64,000 nucleotides of DNA from Okamejei kenojei (taxonomy: Eukaryota). Every line of letters starts with the position of its first letter. Positions within the stretch are counted from its first letter, which is position 1. The translations under genes were made by a program, and so were the position numbers. The DNA lies in contig CM069135.1 of NCBI GenBank assembly GCA_035221665.1, positions 113,212,001-113,276,000 of the forward strand, written 5' to 3'. This document shows, in pieces, positions 25,444-37,574 of the stretch. The notes beneath the pieces were generated by a model that was given only the letters and a program-made list of their open reading frames with translations, was not told the DNA's origin and ran no database searches.

Positions 25444-25589
25444 CTAGATCAAAGAAACATAACGCGTTCAGCCACATCCATCATGATAGCAAAGAGGATA
25501 AAACGTTTGACTGTCGAACTGGTGTAATACTGAAATATGCAAAAATAATCCCCAGTGTCTATGTTTACATGTCTTGTATGGGTCAGTGG

Positions 25590-26200
25590 CAGCAGATGTG
25601 AGTGTGGAGGATAGAGAAGGGTAGAGCGAGGTTGCAGATGAGGAGTGGAAGAGATGGAGAGAGAGAGAAATGGTGGAGAAGGGAGTGGGGGGAAGAGAGG
25701 GTGTGGATGGAAGAGAGAGAGAGTGGATATCAGAGTTCTGCTGCAAGCAAGAATTTAATTGTTCCGTTTTCGAACATATGACAATAAAACACTCTTGACG
25801 AGACTTCAAAGAGAGAGGGTGGAGGAAAGAAAACGACGTGGAGGGGAGAGAGGGAAGGCAGAGGAAAGGAGTGAAGCGGAGGCAGGGGAAGGTAGACGGA
25901 AGGAGAGAGAGAGAGCGCGATGGAGGGAGAAAGGGGGAGAGGGAGAATCAAGAGTGTTTTATAGTCATATATGTCCCTGAAAAGGAACAATGAAATTCTT
26001 ACTTGCAGCAACACAAGGGGGGGTGAGGAGGTGGGAGGGAGAGGGTGGAAGGACAGGGGCATAGGGAGGGAGGGACGGAGGGAAAGGGAGGGGAGGGAGA
26101 GAGGGGGGAGAGAAAGGAGTGGGAGAGGGGGAGGGGGAGGGAGGAAAGGGGAGGGGAGAGGGTGGGAGAAGGTGGGAGATGGAGGGAGGGAGGGGGGATT
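25590..26200. repeat. Polypurine (GA/GGA-rich) low-complexity tract with two short Rex1-type tail pieces
   Basis: Long A/G runs; gacaataaaacactcttga at about 25780 and its inverse at about 25948. Confidence 0.8.
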
Positions 26201-26889
26201 TCAGATGAGATGTTAATTCATGTTCAATCTTCCTATTTGAGCGGATACTGAACGATTTCATAATGCTCTTCTAAGGACAGGGAATTAATCCTGGTGGCTT
26301 AGTCAATATTCATACCTCATGTGAGATGGCAGACAAATAATCTGGTTATTGTCACCATCACTGACTATGTCAACATTGGCTACAGTGTTTGCCACATGCA
26401 ATTTTTGACAGATCAAATTGATTTACGGTCATGATTAAACTGGGCAACAAGACCCAGTAATATCACAATGCACAATGTCGTGGTGACAGTCTGGGATAAA
26501 AACTTAACAGTTTTACAACTTTGAATCTAAAAATATTACACTGCATAGATATCACCGTATAAGGACATTTACTATGTCAGGGTTTGGCTGGGAAATGCCG
26601 CCAAACTTAAGCGATCACTCCCACCAGTCCACTGGGCAGGCATTTTGTTGTTCTTTTTAACTATCGTTCTTTAGCTGCGAATCCAGCTGATTAAAGTTGA
26701 GAAGTTCAGCCGCACCCAGTCGGTGGTTGCTGACAGCGGGTACAGTCCGTCTCCTGAGTAATGGACTCATTGGCCGTAATGCAAAGCTTCAATGTTGTTG
26801 CTATATTTGAAATTTAAAAAATAAACTGCTGGAGAAACACAGTGTCTCAGGTAGCATCTATGACATAGCACAGTGCAGTTCAAGAACGG

Positions 26890-27178
26890 GCAACACAGCG
26901 CTAGAGCTGCGCCTTACAGAGCCAGAGATCCAGGTTCGATCCTGACTAGGGGTGCTGCATGTACGGAGTTTGTACGTTCTCCCTGTGAGCACGTGGGTTT
27001 TCTCCGGGTGTTCCGGTTTTATCCCACATTCCAAAGACGTGCGGGTTTGTAGGTTAATTTGTTTTTTGTAAATTACCCTTAGAGAAGTAGGATAGAACTA
27101 GTATATGGGGTGATTGTTGGTCAGCGCGGACTGGGTCAGCCAAAGGGACTGTTTCCATGCTGTATCTCTAAAACTAAA
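26890..27178 (+). mobile_element. V-SINE (HE1-like)
   Basis: B-box ggttcgatcc, V-domain, tail gtatctctaaaactaaa. Confidence 0.8.
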
Positions 27179-28284
27179 GACAGGCCCTTCGGCCCTCAAT
27201 GTCTACCGGCATTCAATCCATATCCCTCCATTCCCTGCATTTCCATAAGACCATCCAAAAGTTTTAGATGCCAATACTGTATCTGCCTCCACCACCATCC
27301 AAGGCAGCACGTTCCATGCACTCACCGCCCTGTGTAAAAATACTTGCCGCGTACATCTCCTTTAAACTTTGACCCGCTCACCTTAAAACCTGTGAAGGAA
27401 ATGTACAGATGATGCTTCGGGCCGAGACCCTTCTTCGGTCTCGAGAACGTCATCTGTCCATTTCCCTCACAGATGCTGCCTGACCCGTTGAGTTCCTCCA
27501 CACTATGTTTTATTGCTCAAGGTTCCCGCTTCAGTAGTATCTTGTGTCTCCAGCAGAGATCATCAGTGACCACCAGGGAGACACAAGAGACTGCAAATAC
27601 TGGAATCTTGAGCAAAACACATAAAGCTGGAGGAACTCAACAGGCCAGGCAGCATCTGTGGAGGGAATGGAAAGGTAAGGTTTCAGGTCGGGACTGACCC
27701 ACTCGTTTCAGGTCTGAAGAAAGGTCCCGTCCCGACTCTGTGTACTGTCTCAGTGTACTAATACCATACATTTGTACTGTATCTGAGATGCTTATCTAAA
27801 GATGTATCAAAGTGTTTATGTTTAGTGATGCTAGTACTTATGCATTTCAAATACCTCAGTACATAAACTACCATTATCATTTCCATTAAAGTACAATTAT
27901 CATTCTCAACTGCTTACTTCTTTAAAAAATTGGAATGTTTGTTCTTCAATAAGAAACTTGAGAGACTGCAGATCAGGAATGTGGAATAAAATTACAAATG
28001 CTGCAGGAACTCAGCAGTTCAGGCAGCATCTGAGGAGGGTAATGGATGGACAGCACTTCCAAGTCAGGACTCTTCTTCAGACTGAATAGGGTCAGGACCC
28101 TTTATCAGATCAGTGTGAAGAAGGAACCCGACCTGGAATGTCATCTGTCCATTTCCCTCCACAGATGCTGCCTGACCCATTGAGTTCTACAGGCACTTTG
28201 CTTTTTACTCAATGTTCTTCGGGGCTCTTTTCCCTTTAAGGATTCAAATCTTAAAGGCAAAGAGAGAGAGTAAATAGCACGTAC

Positions 28285-28469
28285 ATGGATCTTACTCTTG
28301 TGCGATTTGCCTTGGAGAAACGAATTGGGAATTCCATTTTCCGTTTTGGACTCGCCATCACTCTGCTCTTCGTAGCTCTCAAACTCACTGGAGCTCCAAC
28401 CATAATCCAGAGAACTTGTTGCCGCTTCGTCTCCATGTTCCACGTCGTCATAGATCAGCTCCTCTGGAT
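28285..28469 (-). CDS. ARHGEF10: ARHGEF10 coding exon (185 nt): (D)PEELIYDDVEHGDEAATSSLDYGWSSSEFESYEEQSDGESKTENGIPNSFLQGKSHKSKIH
   Basis: Acceptor ttttcag|AT, donor CAT|gtacgt; phase 1 in and 0 out; diagnostic GWSSSEFESYEEQSD motif. Confidence 0.93.
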
Positions 28470-28519
28470 CTGAAAATCAAGTGCAGGCATTCCAAACCGT
28501 GGTCATGATTGTCCAGCAA

Positions 28520-28960
28520 GGGTGGGTGAGAAAGAGAAAGTGTGGGTGGGAGAGAGAAGGTGTACAGGGGAGAGAGGGGGGGGTGAGAGCAAGGTAGGGA
28601 GCGGGTGGGTGAGGGTGAGAGAAGGTGGGCAGGAGAGAGAAAGAGAGAAGGTTGATGGGGAGGAAGGGTGGGCGGGAGTAAGGGAGAGAGGTGGGCAAGG
28701 GAGAGAGAGGAATAGGCAAGAGCAAAGGAGAGAGAGAGGGTGGGCAAGGAGAATGTGCGCGAGGGAGAGGGAGGGTGGGTGGATGGAAAGAGGGTGAGGG
28801 CGAGTGCGAGAAAGTGAAGGCAAGAGAGAGAGGGAGGATGAGGGTGAAGTTGAAGGAGTCAGAGGGCAAAGGAGAGAGAAAGTGGGAGTGAGAATGTGAG
28901 AAAGAGAGAGGGTGAGGTAGCAAGAGGTCAGGCGAGGGAGAGAGAAGCCAGGCAGAGGAG
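28520..28960. repeat. Polypurine low-complexity tract
   Basis: GA/GGA-rich sequence. Confidence 0.8.
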
Positions 28961-29920
28961 TCTATTAAATTGAAACATCATGTTAATTGGCCGAACATAA
29001 TCAAAGAATAAACTTCTGTACATGTAGTGGATGTGCGTATCTCTGGTTCAGCCAAAACTATTTATAATTATACTGCTTGTGCTGAAGTTTAGATTTTCAA
29101 AATATACATTAGTCACCTTGTAAGCAGTTGCATTAGATGTTACAATCGTTGGTGAAACTGGCAGTGGCATAGGGACAGCTGAGGGTGATGGGTGTGTGGA
29201 GCGAGCTGCCAAATGAAGTGGTAGAGGTTCAGAGGGATATGAACAGAACGTAATAGGCAGAATGGGCTTAGTTTGGCTCCTTGCTTACCACGGAGAAGTC
29301 GGGTAAAAGGCCTGTTTCCGTGCTGCATGATTTGGACTAGAGAGATGGTACAACAGCGCATCTGGTAGAGCTGCTGTCTGACAGCACTAAAGACCTGGGT
29401 TCCACATTGACCCTGGCTGCTGTCGGTGTGGAGATTGCATGTTCTCACTGTGCGGAGTTTGATAGAGAAGAGTCTCGACCCGAACATCACCCATTCATTC
29501 TCACCAGAGATGCCGCCTGTCCCGCTGAGGTATTCCAGCATTTTGTGTCTATCTTCGGTTTAAACCAGCATCTGCAGTTCATTCTTACACCTGCAGAGTT
29601 TGTTTGGTTAATTGGCCTTTGTAAATTGCCCCACCAATTAATACAAAAGCGGGATAACGTATAATTGGTGTGAACGATGGTTGGAGTGGACCCAGTAGGC
29701 TGAAGGGCCTGTTTGCACGCTATATCTTTCAATCAATTGATAATGCGATAAATTATTTTATTTTTTCCTATCTCAGAGCACAGCAGTAAAAACAACACAC
29801 TTTCACATCCTTTTACTTGATTTATGTGGCGGTATATATTGCGGCCAGGGGGAGGTTAATTGTGGGTCACTGTGAACTGCCCATGCAGAAGGCAATCAAA
29901 GCACATTAGTCAGCACTTGC

Positions 29921-29980
29921 CTGTTGCTGATGCATCTGAATTCTCTCTTGGCACATCATCGTAAATCACTTCATCCTGAC
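29921..29980 (-). CDS. ARHGEF10: ARHGEF10 coding exon (60 nt): (G)QDEVIYDDVPRENSDASAT
   Basis: Acceptor cctctcag|GT, GC-type donor CAG|gcaagt; phase 1/1; matches the recalled IYDDVPRENSDS. Confidence 0.88.
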
Positions 29981-30309
29981 CTGAGAGGCAAAACATAATC
30001 AGGTAGCGTTCGTACCGTTATACAATCTTACATAGAAAACATAGAAAATAGGTGCAGGAGGAGGCCATTCGGCCCTCCGAGCCAGCAGCTTGATTAAACT
30101 GGCTCTGCATTATCACTGTCCATAATGAAACTGCCTGTCACTAATCCATTATTTTGCAAGTCTTTTTACTGAACATTGTTCCAGCATAAAACATGGGGTT
30201 TGGATCTAGTTTAGAACCAAAGGGCAACCAAATGGTAAAAACACCGGGAAATTCAACTAGGGGACACTTTCAACAAATTTGGTCAAAACATTTTGAACAT
30301 TCGTACCTT

Positions 30310-30550
30310 TAGAAAGACGGGGAGGAATTTCTTTAGCCAGAGGGTGGTGAATCTGTGGAATTCATTACCACAGACAGTTGTGGAGGCCGCCATTTTTAGG
30401 ACAGAGATTGACAGATTTTTGATTAGTAATGGTGTCGTGGATTATAGGGAGACAGCAGGAGAATGGGGTTGAGAGGGAAAGATAGATCAGCCATGATTGA
30501 ATGGTGGAGTAGATTCAATGGGCCGAATGGCCCAATTCTGCTCCAATGAC
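30310..30550 (+). mobile_element. CR1 LINE 3' end
   Basis: aatttctttagccagagggtggtgaatctgtggaattc and the CR1 3'UTR. Confidence 0.75.
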
Positions 30551-30824
30551 ATCAAGTTATGAGCATAGAAAACTACGGTATAGGAGCAGGCCCTTCACCC
30601 AAAATGTCTGTGCCGAACATGATGCCAAGTTAAACTAATCTCCACCTGCCTGCACATGATCCATATGCCTCTATTCCCTGCATATCCAAGTGCCTATCTT
30701 AAAGCTTCTTAAATGTCACTATAGTATCTGCCTGCACCACTGCCCCTGGCAGCATGTTCCAAGCACCTGTCACTCTCTGTGCAAAAAATATGCCCCCACA
30801 TCTTTAAACTGTACCCCTCTTGGA

Positions 30825-30913
30825 GCGAATCCTTAACTCGGTTATAGCAGACAATCGGCAATAACAAACACCATCTCCCCCACTATGGTGCGTTATAACG
30901 CGGATTTACTGTA
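30825..30913. mobile_element. Possible pogo/Tigger-like MITE remnant
   Basis: Right end cgttataacgcggatttactg|ta resembles a Tigger-type TIR with a TA target; left end degenerate. Confidence 0.3.
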
Positions 30914-31554
30914 CATATAACTGGAACCTACCCTCCAACCATGCTGTGTTCACTGGATCCGATGCCCATTTGGTAATGGCGTTTCCAGTTTCAAAAGCCA
31001 GGTAATCTTCACTATAATAGGCACAAAATAGAAGGCACTAAAAATTGCAATGCCATTGAATGAAGATAATTGGTCAAGACCATGTAAGTGGGAAACTCTA
31101 ACTACTAATATTATGAGGGAATAAATTAAAGAATGTAAGGAATCACTAAACAAATCTGTGGAATAATACAGCAGGCTAAAATGCTCCAGCTTAATTTTTT
31201 GCATGACAAAGCAATGTTTCCATTCTCTTGCTTGAATAGCCGTGAATAAAGCGAGTCCGTGTTTAATTAGCAGTCAGAGTTTGCCACTTAAATGGCCTTG
31301 TAGATATAAATATGCAGAGTACCACAAAAACCACATACACCCAGGAAACAAGAGCCAGAAAATAACTAAAGCTAATAACATCCTCCCCCCACCACCCCCC
31401 CCACCTGCGAAAATTCAACAATGATAAATTCCCCAGACATAAATGTAAAATGGACGAACATACTCAGCCTGTTGAGCGCTTGATGGAGTAGGACTGCCTT
31501 GAAATTCTTCACTTTGAAATACACCTGTGAACGTACAGGAAATAATAAAAGCAA

Positions 31555-32216
31555 TGAAAACATGCGGTCCAAGAACACAGATGCAATTATTAAGAAAGCT
31601 CATCAGCGCCTCTACTTCCTGAGAAGATTACGGAGAGTCGGTCTGTCAAGGAGGACTCTCTCTAACTTCTACAGGTGCACAGTAGAGAGCATGCTGACCG
31701 GTTGCATCGTGGCTTGGTTCGACAACTCGAGCACCCTGGAGAGGAAAAGATTACAAAAAGCAGTAAACATTGCCCAGTCCATCATCGGCTCTGACCTTCC
31801 CTTCCATCGAGGGGATCTATCGCAGTCGCTGCCTCAAAAAGGCTGGCAGCATCATCAAGGACCCACACCATCCTGGCCACACACTCATCTCCCTGCTACC
31901 TTCAGGTAGAAGGTGCAGGAGCCTGAGGACTGCAACGACCAGGTTCAGGAATAGCTACTTCCCCACAGCCATCAGGCTATTAAACGTGGCTCGGACAAAA
32001 CTCTGAACATTAATACCCCTTTATCTGTTATTTGCACTTTATCAATTTATTTATTCATGTGTGTATTTACGTATATAATGGTATATGGACACACTGATCT
32101 GCTTTGCAGTCAATGCCTACTATCTTCTGTTGTGCTGAAGCAAAGAAAGAATTTCATTGTCCTGTCAGGGACACATGACAATAAACTCTTTTGACTCTTT
32201 TGACTTTGACTTGACT
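31555..32216 (+). mobile_element. Rex1/Babar LINE 3' fragment, relatively well preserved
   Basis: KKAHQRLYFLRRLRR...FYRCTVESMLTGCIVAWF, LLPSGRR, TTRFRNSYFPTAIRLLN; tail gacacatgacaataaa plus cttttga/cttga repeats. Confidence 0.88.
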
Positions 32217-32269
32217 TAGTCACACAGTGCAGAAAAAGGCTCTTCTGCCCATCATGTCCATGCTGACCA

Positions 32270-32671
32270 TTGGAGGAACAGCACATAATATTTTGCTTGG
32301 GCAGCTTACAACCCAGCGGTATGAATATTAATTTCTCTAACTTCAAGTAACCCTTGTATCCCCTCTCTCTCTGGATCTTTAGGGTCACCCCCCCATCCCA
32401 GTCGTCATACTAGTTTCACTGTCCTCCTGCTGGGTTTCACTGTATCACTTGTTATCACCTTCCCTACAACCAACAATGAACCATTGTGGGCTCCACCATT
32501 TATTGATCATTGTTGCTGGCTTTGATTTCTTTTTGCATATCTTTCATTCATTTATTCTATATACGTTGTCATATCTCTCGGTTCCCGCTCCCCTGATTCT
32601 CAGTCTGAAGAAAACATCAACATGAACCAAAACATCACCGATTCCTTTTCTCCAGAGATGCTACCTGACCC
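32270..32671 (+). mobile_element. Penelope-like 3' end (continues at 33276-33315 after a CR1 insertion)
   Basis: ttggaggaacagcac...gcttgggcagcttacaacccagcggtatgaat; cagtctgaagaa motif. Confidence 0.7.
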
Positions 32672-33275
32672 TTATAACACGAGGAATCGAATATAGGAGC
32701 AAAGGGGGACCACACCTGGAGTATTGTGTGCAGTTTTGGTCCCCTAATTTGAGGAAGGACATTCTTGCTATTCAGGGAGTGCAGCGTAGGTTTACAAGGT
32801 TAATTCCCGGGATGGCAGGATTGTCATATGCTGAGAGAATGGAGCAGCTGGGCTTGTACACTCTGGAGTTTAGAAGGATGAGAGGGAATCTCATTGAAAT
32901 ATATAAGATTCTTAAGGGCTTGGACAAGCTAGAGGCAGGAAACATGTTCCCGATATTGGTGGAGTCCAGAACCAGGGGCCACAGTTTAAGAATAAGGAGT
33001 AAGCCATTTAGAACGGAGACGAGGAAACACTTTTTCTCACAGAGAATGGTGAGTCTATGGAATTCTCTGCCTCACAGAGGGCGGTGGAGGCAGGTTCTCT
33101 GGATGCTTTCAAGAGAGAGCTAGATAGGGCTCTTAAAAATAGCGGAGTTAGGGGATATGGGGAGAAGGCAGGAACGGGCTACTGATTGGGGATGATCAGC
33201 CATGATCACATTGAATGGTGATGCTGGCTCGAAGGGCCGAATGGCCTACTCCTGCACCTATTGGCTATTGTCTTT
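32672..33275 (+). mobile_element. 5'-truncated CR1 LINE, same subfamily as 5240-6141, TGACCC TSD
   Basis: ORF 32728-33123; TGACCC at 32666-32671 and 33276-33281. Confidence 0.88.
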
Positions 33276-33559
33276 TGACCCACTGAGATCTCCAGCTTTT
33301 TGTGTCTATCGTCTGACCATCAAGTATCTGTGTACACTAATCCAGTTTACTTGAACTTGCCTTGTAATATTCTATGACTTGGTCATTCAAGTGTTCTTCT
33401 CTTTATCCAAGAACACTTGAATGACCAAGTCATTTATCCTAGGATTACATTATCCAAGTAATCCTAGGCTGCCACATTTACTAGGCTCTCTCTCACTTAG
33501 CAGAGTAGGCTTCCTAATTTCCCCACGTACGATCTGAAAATATTCACCCAGCATCATAA

Positions 33560-34180
33560 GATCATAAGAAATAGGAGCAGAATTTGGCCATTCAGCCCTT
33601 ATAGTATACTCTGCCATTCAATCATGGCTGATATATGGCTGGTCTATCTTTCCCTCTCAACCCTATTCTGCTGTCTTCTCCCTGTAACCTTTGACACCCT
33701 TTCTAATCAAGAATCAATCTCCACTTTTAAAATACCCAAAGACTTGGCCTCCACAGCCGTCTGCAGCAATGAATTCCACAGATTCACCACCCTGCATCAC
33801 ACATACCACAGGATGCGTGGGGGACCTCATTGAAAGTTACTGAATAGTGAAAGGTCCAGATAGAGTGGATGCGGAGAGGATTTTTCCACTAGTGGGAGAA
33901 TCTAGGACAAGAGGCCATTGCCTCAAGAATAAAAGGAAGTAACTTTGGAAAGGAGATGAGGAGGAATTTCTTTATTCAGAGGATGGTGAGTCTGTGGAAT
34001 TCATTGCCATAGATGGCTGTGGAGGCCAAGTCAATGGATATTTTTAAAGCGGAGATTGACAGATTCTTGATTAGTACGAGTGTCAGGGGTTACGGGGAGA
34101 AGGCAGAATGGGGTTGAGAAGGAAAGATAAATCAGTTATGATTGAACGGTGGAGTAGACTTGATGCACCAAATGGTGTGA
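33560..34180. mobile_element. Two CR1 3' fragments in divergent orientation (- 33560-33793, + 33810-34180)
   Basis: Both carry the gtgaatctgtggaattcattgc / gtgagtctgtggaattcattgc region and the 3'UTR on opposite strands. Confidence 0.75.
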
Positions 34181-34524
34181 AGAAAGCTGAGGGTGTGTTT
34201 TGCAGGAACTGGTTTGAAGGTTGATGTCTCTTCTTGTGGCTCAAATGGTGACAGCCAACTTCGGTCTTACTCTCGGAATCTTGCTGAATTTCCAGCCTCA
34301 GAAGCTGCTTTCTGACACTCCCTGCTCAGCGTTCATTCATACACAGCCACGTATCACTCTGAGAAAGCCTCACGGTTTGCCCGGTAAAGACTGGACAAAA
34401 TCAGCATGCTCAATTAATCCTTCCCCTTTGTAAAACGTCTGACGTTCCGACGTACAGGAAAATAGTTAAACACAGTTAGCAAACCTTACTGTCAATTTCT
34501 GTTTTAACAAGGTAGATGCCTCAC

Positions 34525-34824
34525 CTTCCTCGTCAACCGAAACATTCCTTATTAAAGTGACGGGTGCCGTATATGTCGGGACTAGCATTGGTACATTGGA
34601 TGGCACAGCATACCCACAGGGAACGGGTACACAATATCCCGGAGACGGCAAGTGGCCCGTTGTCTTGTCCTCCTGGCAGCCATGTTCTGCTTCTGTGAGC
34701 TCCACTTGCTCAGCCCCCTGCAATGGCCTGATATCTATAATTGAATATGGGTTCACTTTTGTGACCGACACCTCGGCTGCAGTCTGCTTCGGTGAGTTCC
34801 GCCGTCCAGCAGCTGTGTCCTTTC
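34525..34824 (-). CDS. ARHGEF10: ARHGEF10 coding exon (300 nt): (G)KDTAAG...TKVNPYSIIDIRPLQ...GYCVPVPCGYAVPSNVPMLVPTYTAPV...VDEE
   Basis: Acceptor cttttgcag|GA (phase 1; another phase-1 tag lies 18 nt upstream), donor GAAG|gtgagg; diagnostic KVNPYSxID and VPVPCGYAVPSN motifs. Confidence 0.88.
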
Positions 34825-36459
34825 CTGCAAAAGATGTTCGCATTCCTATCAATGCACTGAAATGAGTTGTGAACTCCACTCGGTTACTGCCCGCCATTTT
34901 ACTTTATCTTACAGATACAGGAAGGACCATCGGCCCACTGAGTCCACTTTGACCATCTATCAGCTGTTCGCGCTGGTGAGAGTTCTGTCATATCCCACTT
35001 TCTCATCCACTCCCTTTGCAACTTTACAAAGATCAATCATCTTTTTAATGATTAATTAATCAATTAGTTGATTATTAATTGATTATTTTACCAACCAACA
35101 CGTGTTTGTGGCACCCAGAGGAAACCCACGCGGTCACAGGGAAAATGTGCAAACTCCACGTAGATAGCACCTGAGATTAGGATCGAATCCGGTCTCTGGT
35201 GCCATGAGCTCTACTCGCTGCTCCACCGTGCCGCTGAGTGTTTTCCTTCCAACTTTTCTAATTACAAGAAAAAGTTAAACATCCACAACCGACTTGCATG
35301 TATCAGGTCAGAGGGCGTTGGATGTTTGGGGCTGAAGCCCCTCTGGGAATCAATCAGAATTGAGGTGGGATCAAGGGACCTAAGGTGGGGGGGCACTGCA
35401 TGGCAGGGGTAAAGGCAGCTCATTGTTAAAGGTGCACACACCCCTCCCTCCGCCCTCTCTTCCTCCTGAAAGCAGGTGCGCAATGGCAATTCCTTCCACT
35501 GCCACTCCAACACAGCTGAGAAGGAGTGTCTGTGGGTAGGGTAGGGGACTGTTCAGTCTGTGGGGTGGAGTAGAGGGGGAGTGTCCTTTGCAGTGTTGGG
35601 GTGGGGATTTGACAACAAAATGCATGAAGGTGCTGGACTTCAAAATAGACATACCCACCATGTGTGTGTCAGAGGGAAAGTTTCCAACAACGTTACTCTT
35701 CTTACTTGTCTCAACCGTGAAGGCCATGAGGCAGAGTGTTTTCGGAAAGATCTAGCTGATCGCCTCATGGAGTCGATCTGCACAAACACAGGCCCTTCAA
35801 CCCACCCACTGAACTTCATGATTCAATGGTTCTTTATCATCAGATGTATCAAGGTACAGTGAAATTCCTTTTTTTTGCATACATAGAAAAGAGGTGCTGG
35901 AGTAGGCCACTCGGGCCTTCGAGCCAGCACCGCCATTCAATAAGATCATGGCTGATCATCCAAAATCAGTACCCCGTTTCTGCTTTCTCACCATATCCCT
36001 TGATTCCGTTAGCCCTAAGAACTATATCTAACTCTCTCTTGAACACATCGTTCTCTCTTGTATATAGTTCAGTAAGTTATCATTATACATAAGTAAAATC
36101 CCAGATTGGTGTATACAAGAGTGTATACAAACAGCCCACTGAGACCATTTGCAAGGGTCGCCAGCTTTTGGCGCTATTTGTGGAGTGCCCTGTTCAGCGG
36201 TGGGGTTGCCAAGTGTCCTATCCACGGATAGGGTAGGAGGGTGTCCTGTTGCTGTATTTGCTGCATCCCAATTGTACCTATTGGTTATTCTGTGAGTGTC
36301 ATGCCAACTAGGAATTCCATTGCACCCTGGTGCAAATTACAGTAAGCGCATGTGAATCTGAAAGGAAGACACGGGTGTTTTCATGTGGACGTGGATAAAA
36401 TACTGAGCTGGGCAGTTTATCATGACTCAATGTGTTATTGGAATATATATATATATATA

Positions 36460-36730
36460 AGGCTCGGTGGCGCAGTGGTAGAGGTGCTGCCTTACAGCAC
36501 CAGGGACCCGGGTTCAATCCTGACTACGGATGCTGTCTGTTCAGAGTTTGTACGTTCTCTCCATGAACTGCGTGGGTTTTCTCCAAGATCTTTGGTTTCA
36601 GGTTTGTAGGTTAATTGGTTTAGTATAAATATAAATTGTCCCTAGTGTGCGTAGAATAGTGTTAATGTGTAGGGATCGCTGGTCGGCACGGACTCAGTGG
36701 GCCGACGGGGCTGATGCCGCACTGTATAGT
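36460..36730 (+). mobile_element. V-SINE inserted next to (TA)n
   Basis: Head cggtggcgcagtggtagagg, B-box, V-domain. Confidence 0.8.
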
Positions 36731-37574
36731 TCAATATATGTGGGCGGTTGGGTGGTCAGGCTCAAATTGGGCCACATTCAGTACCACCAAAAATTCCAAA
36801 AGAGCATTTGGATGGGATGCATGGGTGTGGTTGGCATGGAAAAACATTATACACATCTAACTTTAGACTCCATGTTTTTAAGGGACAATTTTTATTTACA
36901 CAAACGGTGGTGAGTATATGGAACGAGCTGCCCTAGGAGGTAATTGAGGCAGGTACTATAGCAACGTTTAAAAGACATTTGGACATGTACATAGATACAA
37001 AAGGTTTAGAGGGGTATGGGCCAAACGTGGACAAGCGAGACTGGTGTAAATGGGGCATCGTCGACGGCAGGGGCAAGTTGGGCCGAAGGGCCTGTTTCCG
37101 GGCTGTGTGGTTCTAAATAGCAGGAAACACCTTCACTCTTGTGCTGGGCTGGCATTTAATTGTATCCCCTACTAGACTGCTCACTCCAATTCCAATAGCT
37201 GGGCGTGTCCTTCAGGTCTCAGGTGGCACAGCGGTGCAACACCAGAGTTGCTGCCTTATCGTGGTGCAACGATAGAGTTGCTGCCTCACAGCACCAGAGA
37301 CCTGGCTTCGATCCTGACTGGCTTTGGCAAATAAAATTGTAAATTGTTCCTAGTGTTAGTGTACGAGGGTGATCGCTGGTCGGCGTTGCCTCGGTCGGGC
37401 AAAAGGCCTGTTTCCACGCTGTATTTCTAAAGTCTAAATGTCTAAAGATCTCATCTGCTCTGCACCTGTCCCCTGTTTCCCTTCCTGCGCTCATTCTTCA
37501 GACCTTCTGAAGTGCAGCAGGAGGAGATTAGGAATATCAATCAATGAAACCTTGTTGACAGGTAATGGCAGGTA

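Noticed and set aside
35380-35760. Unique-looking ORF and exon candidate between two ARHGEF10 exons
   Set aside because: The splice-bounded segment has an in-frame stop in the required phase and no recognisable homology; a regulatory role cannot be judged from sequence
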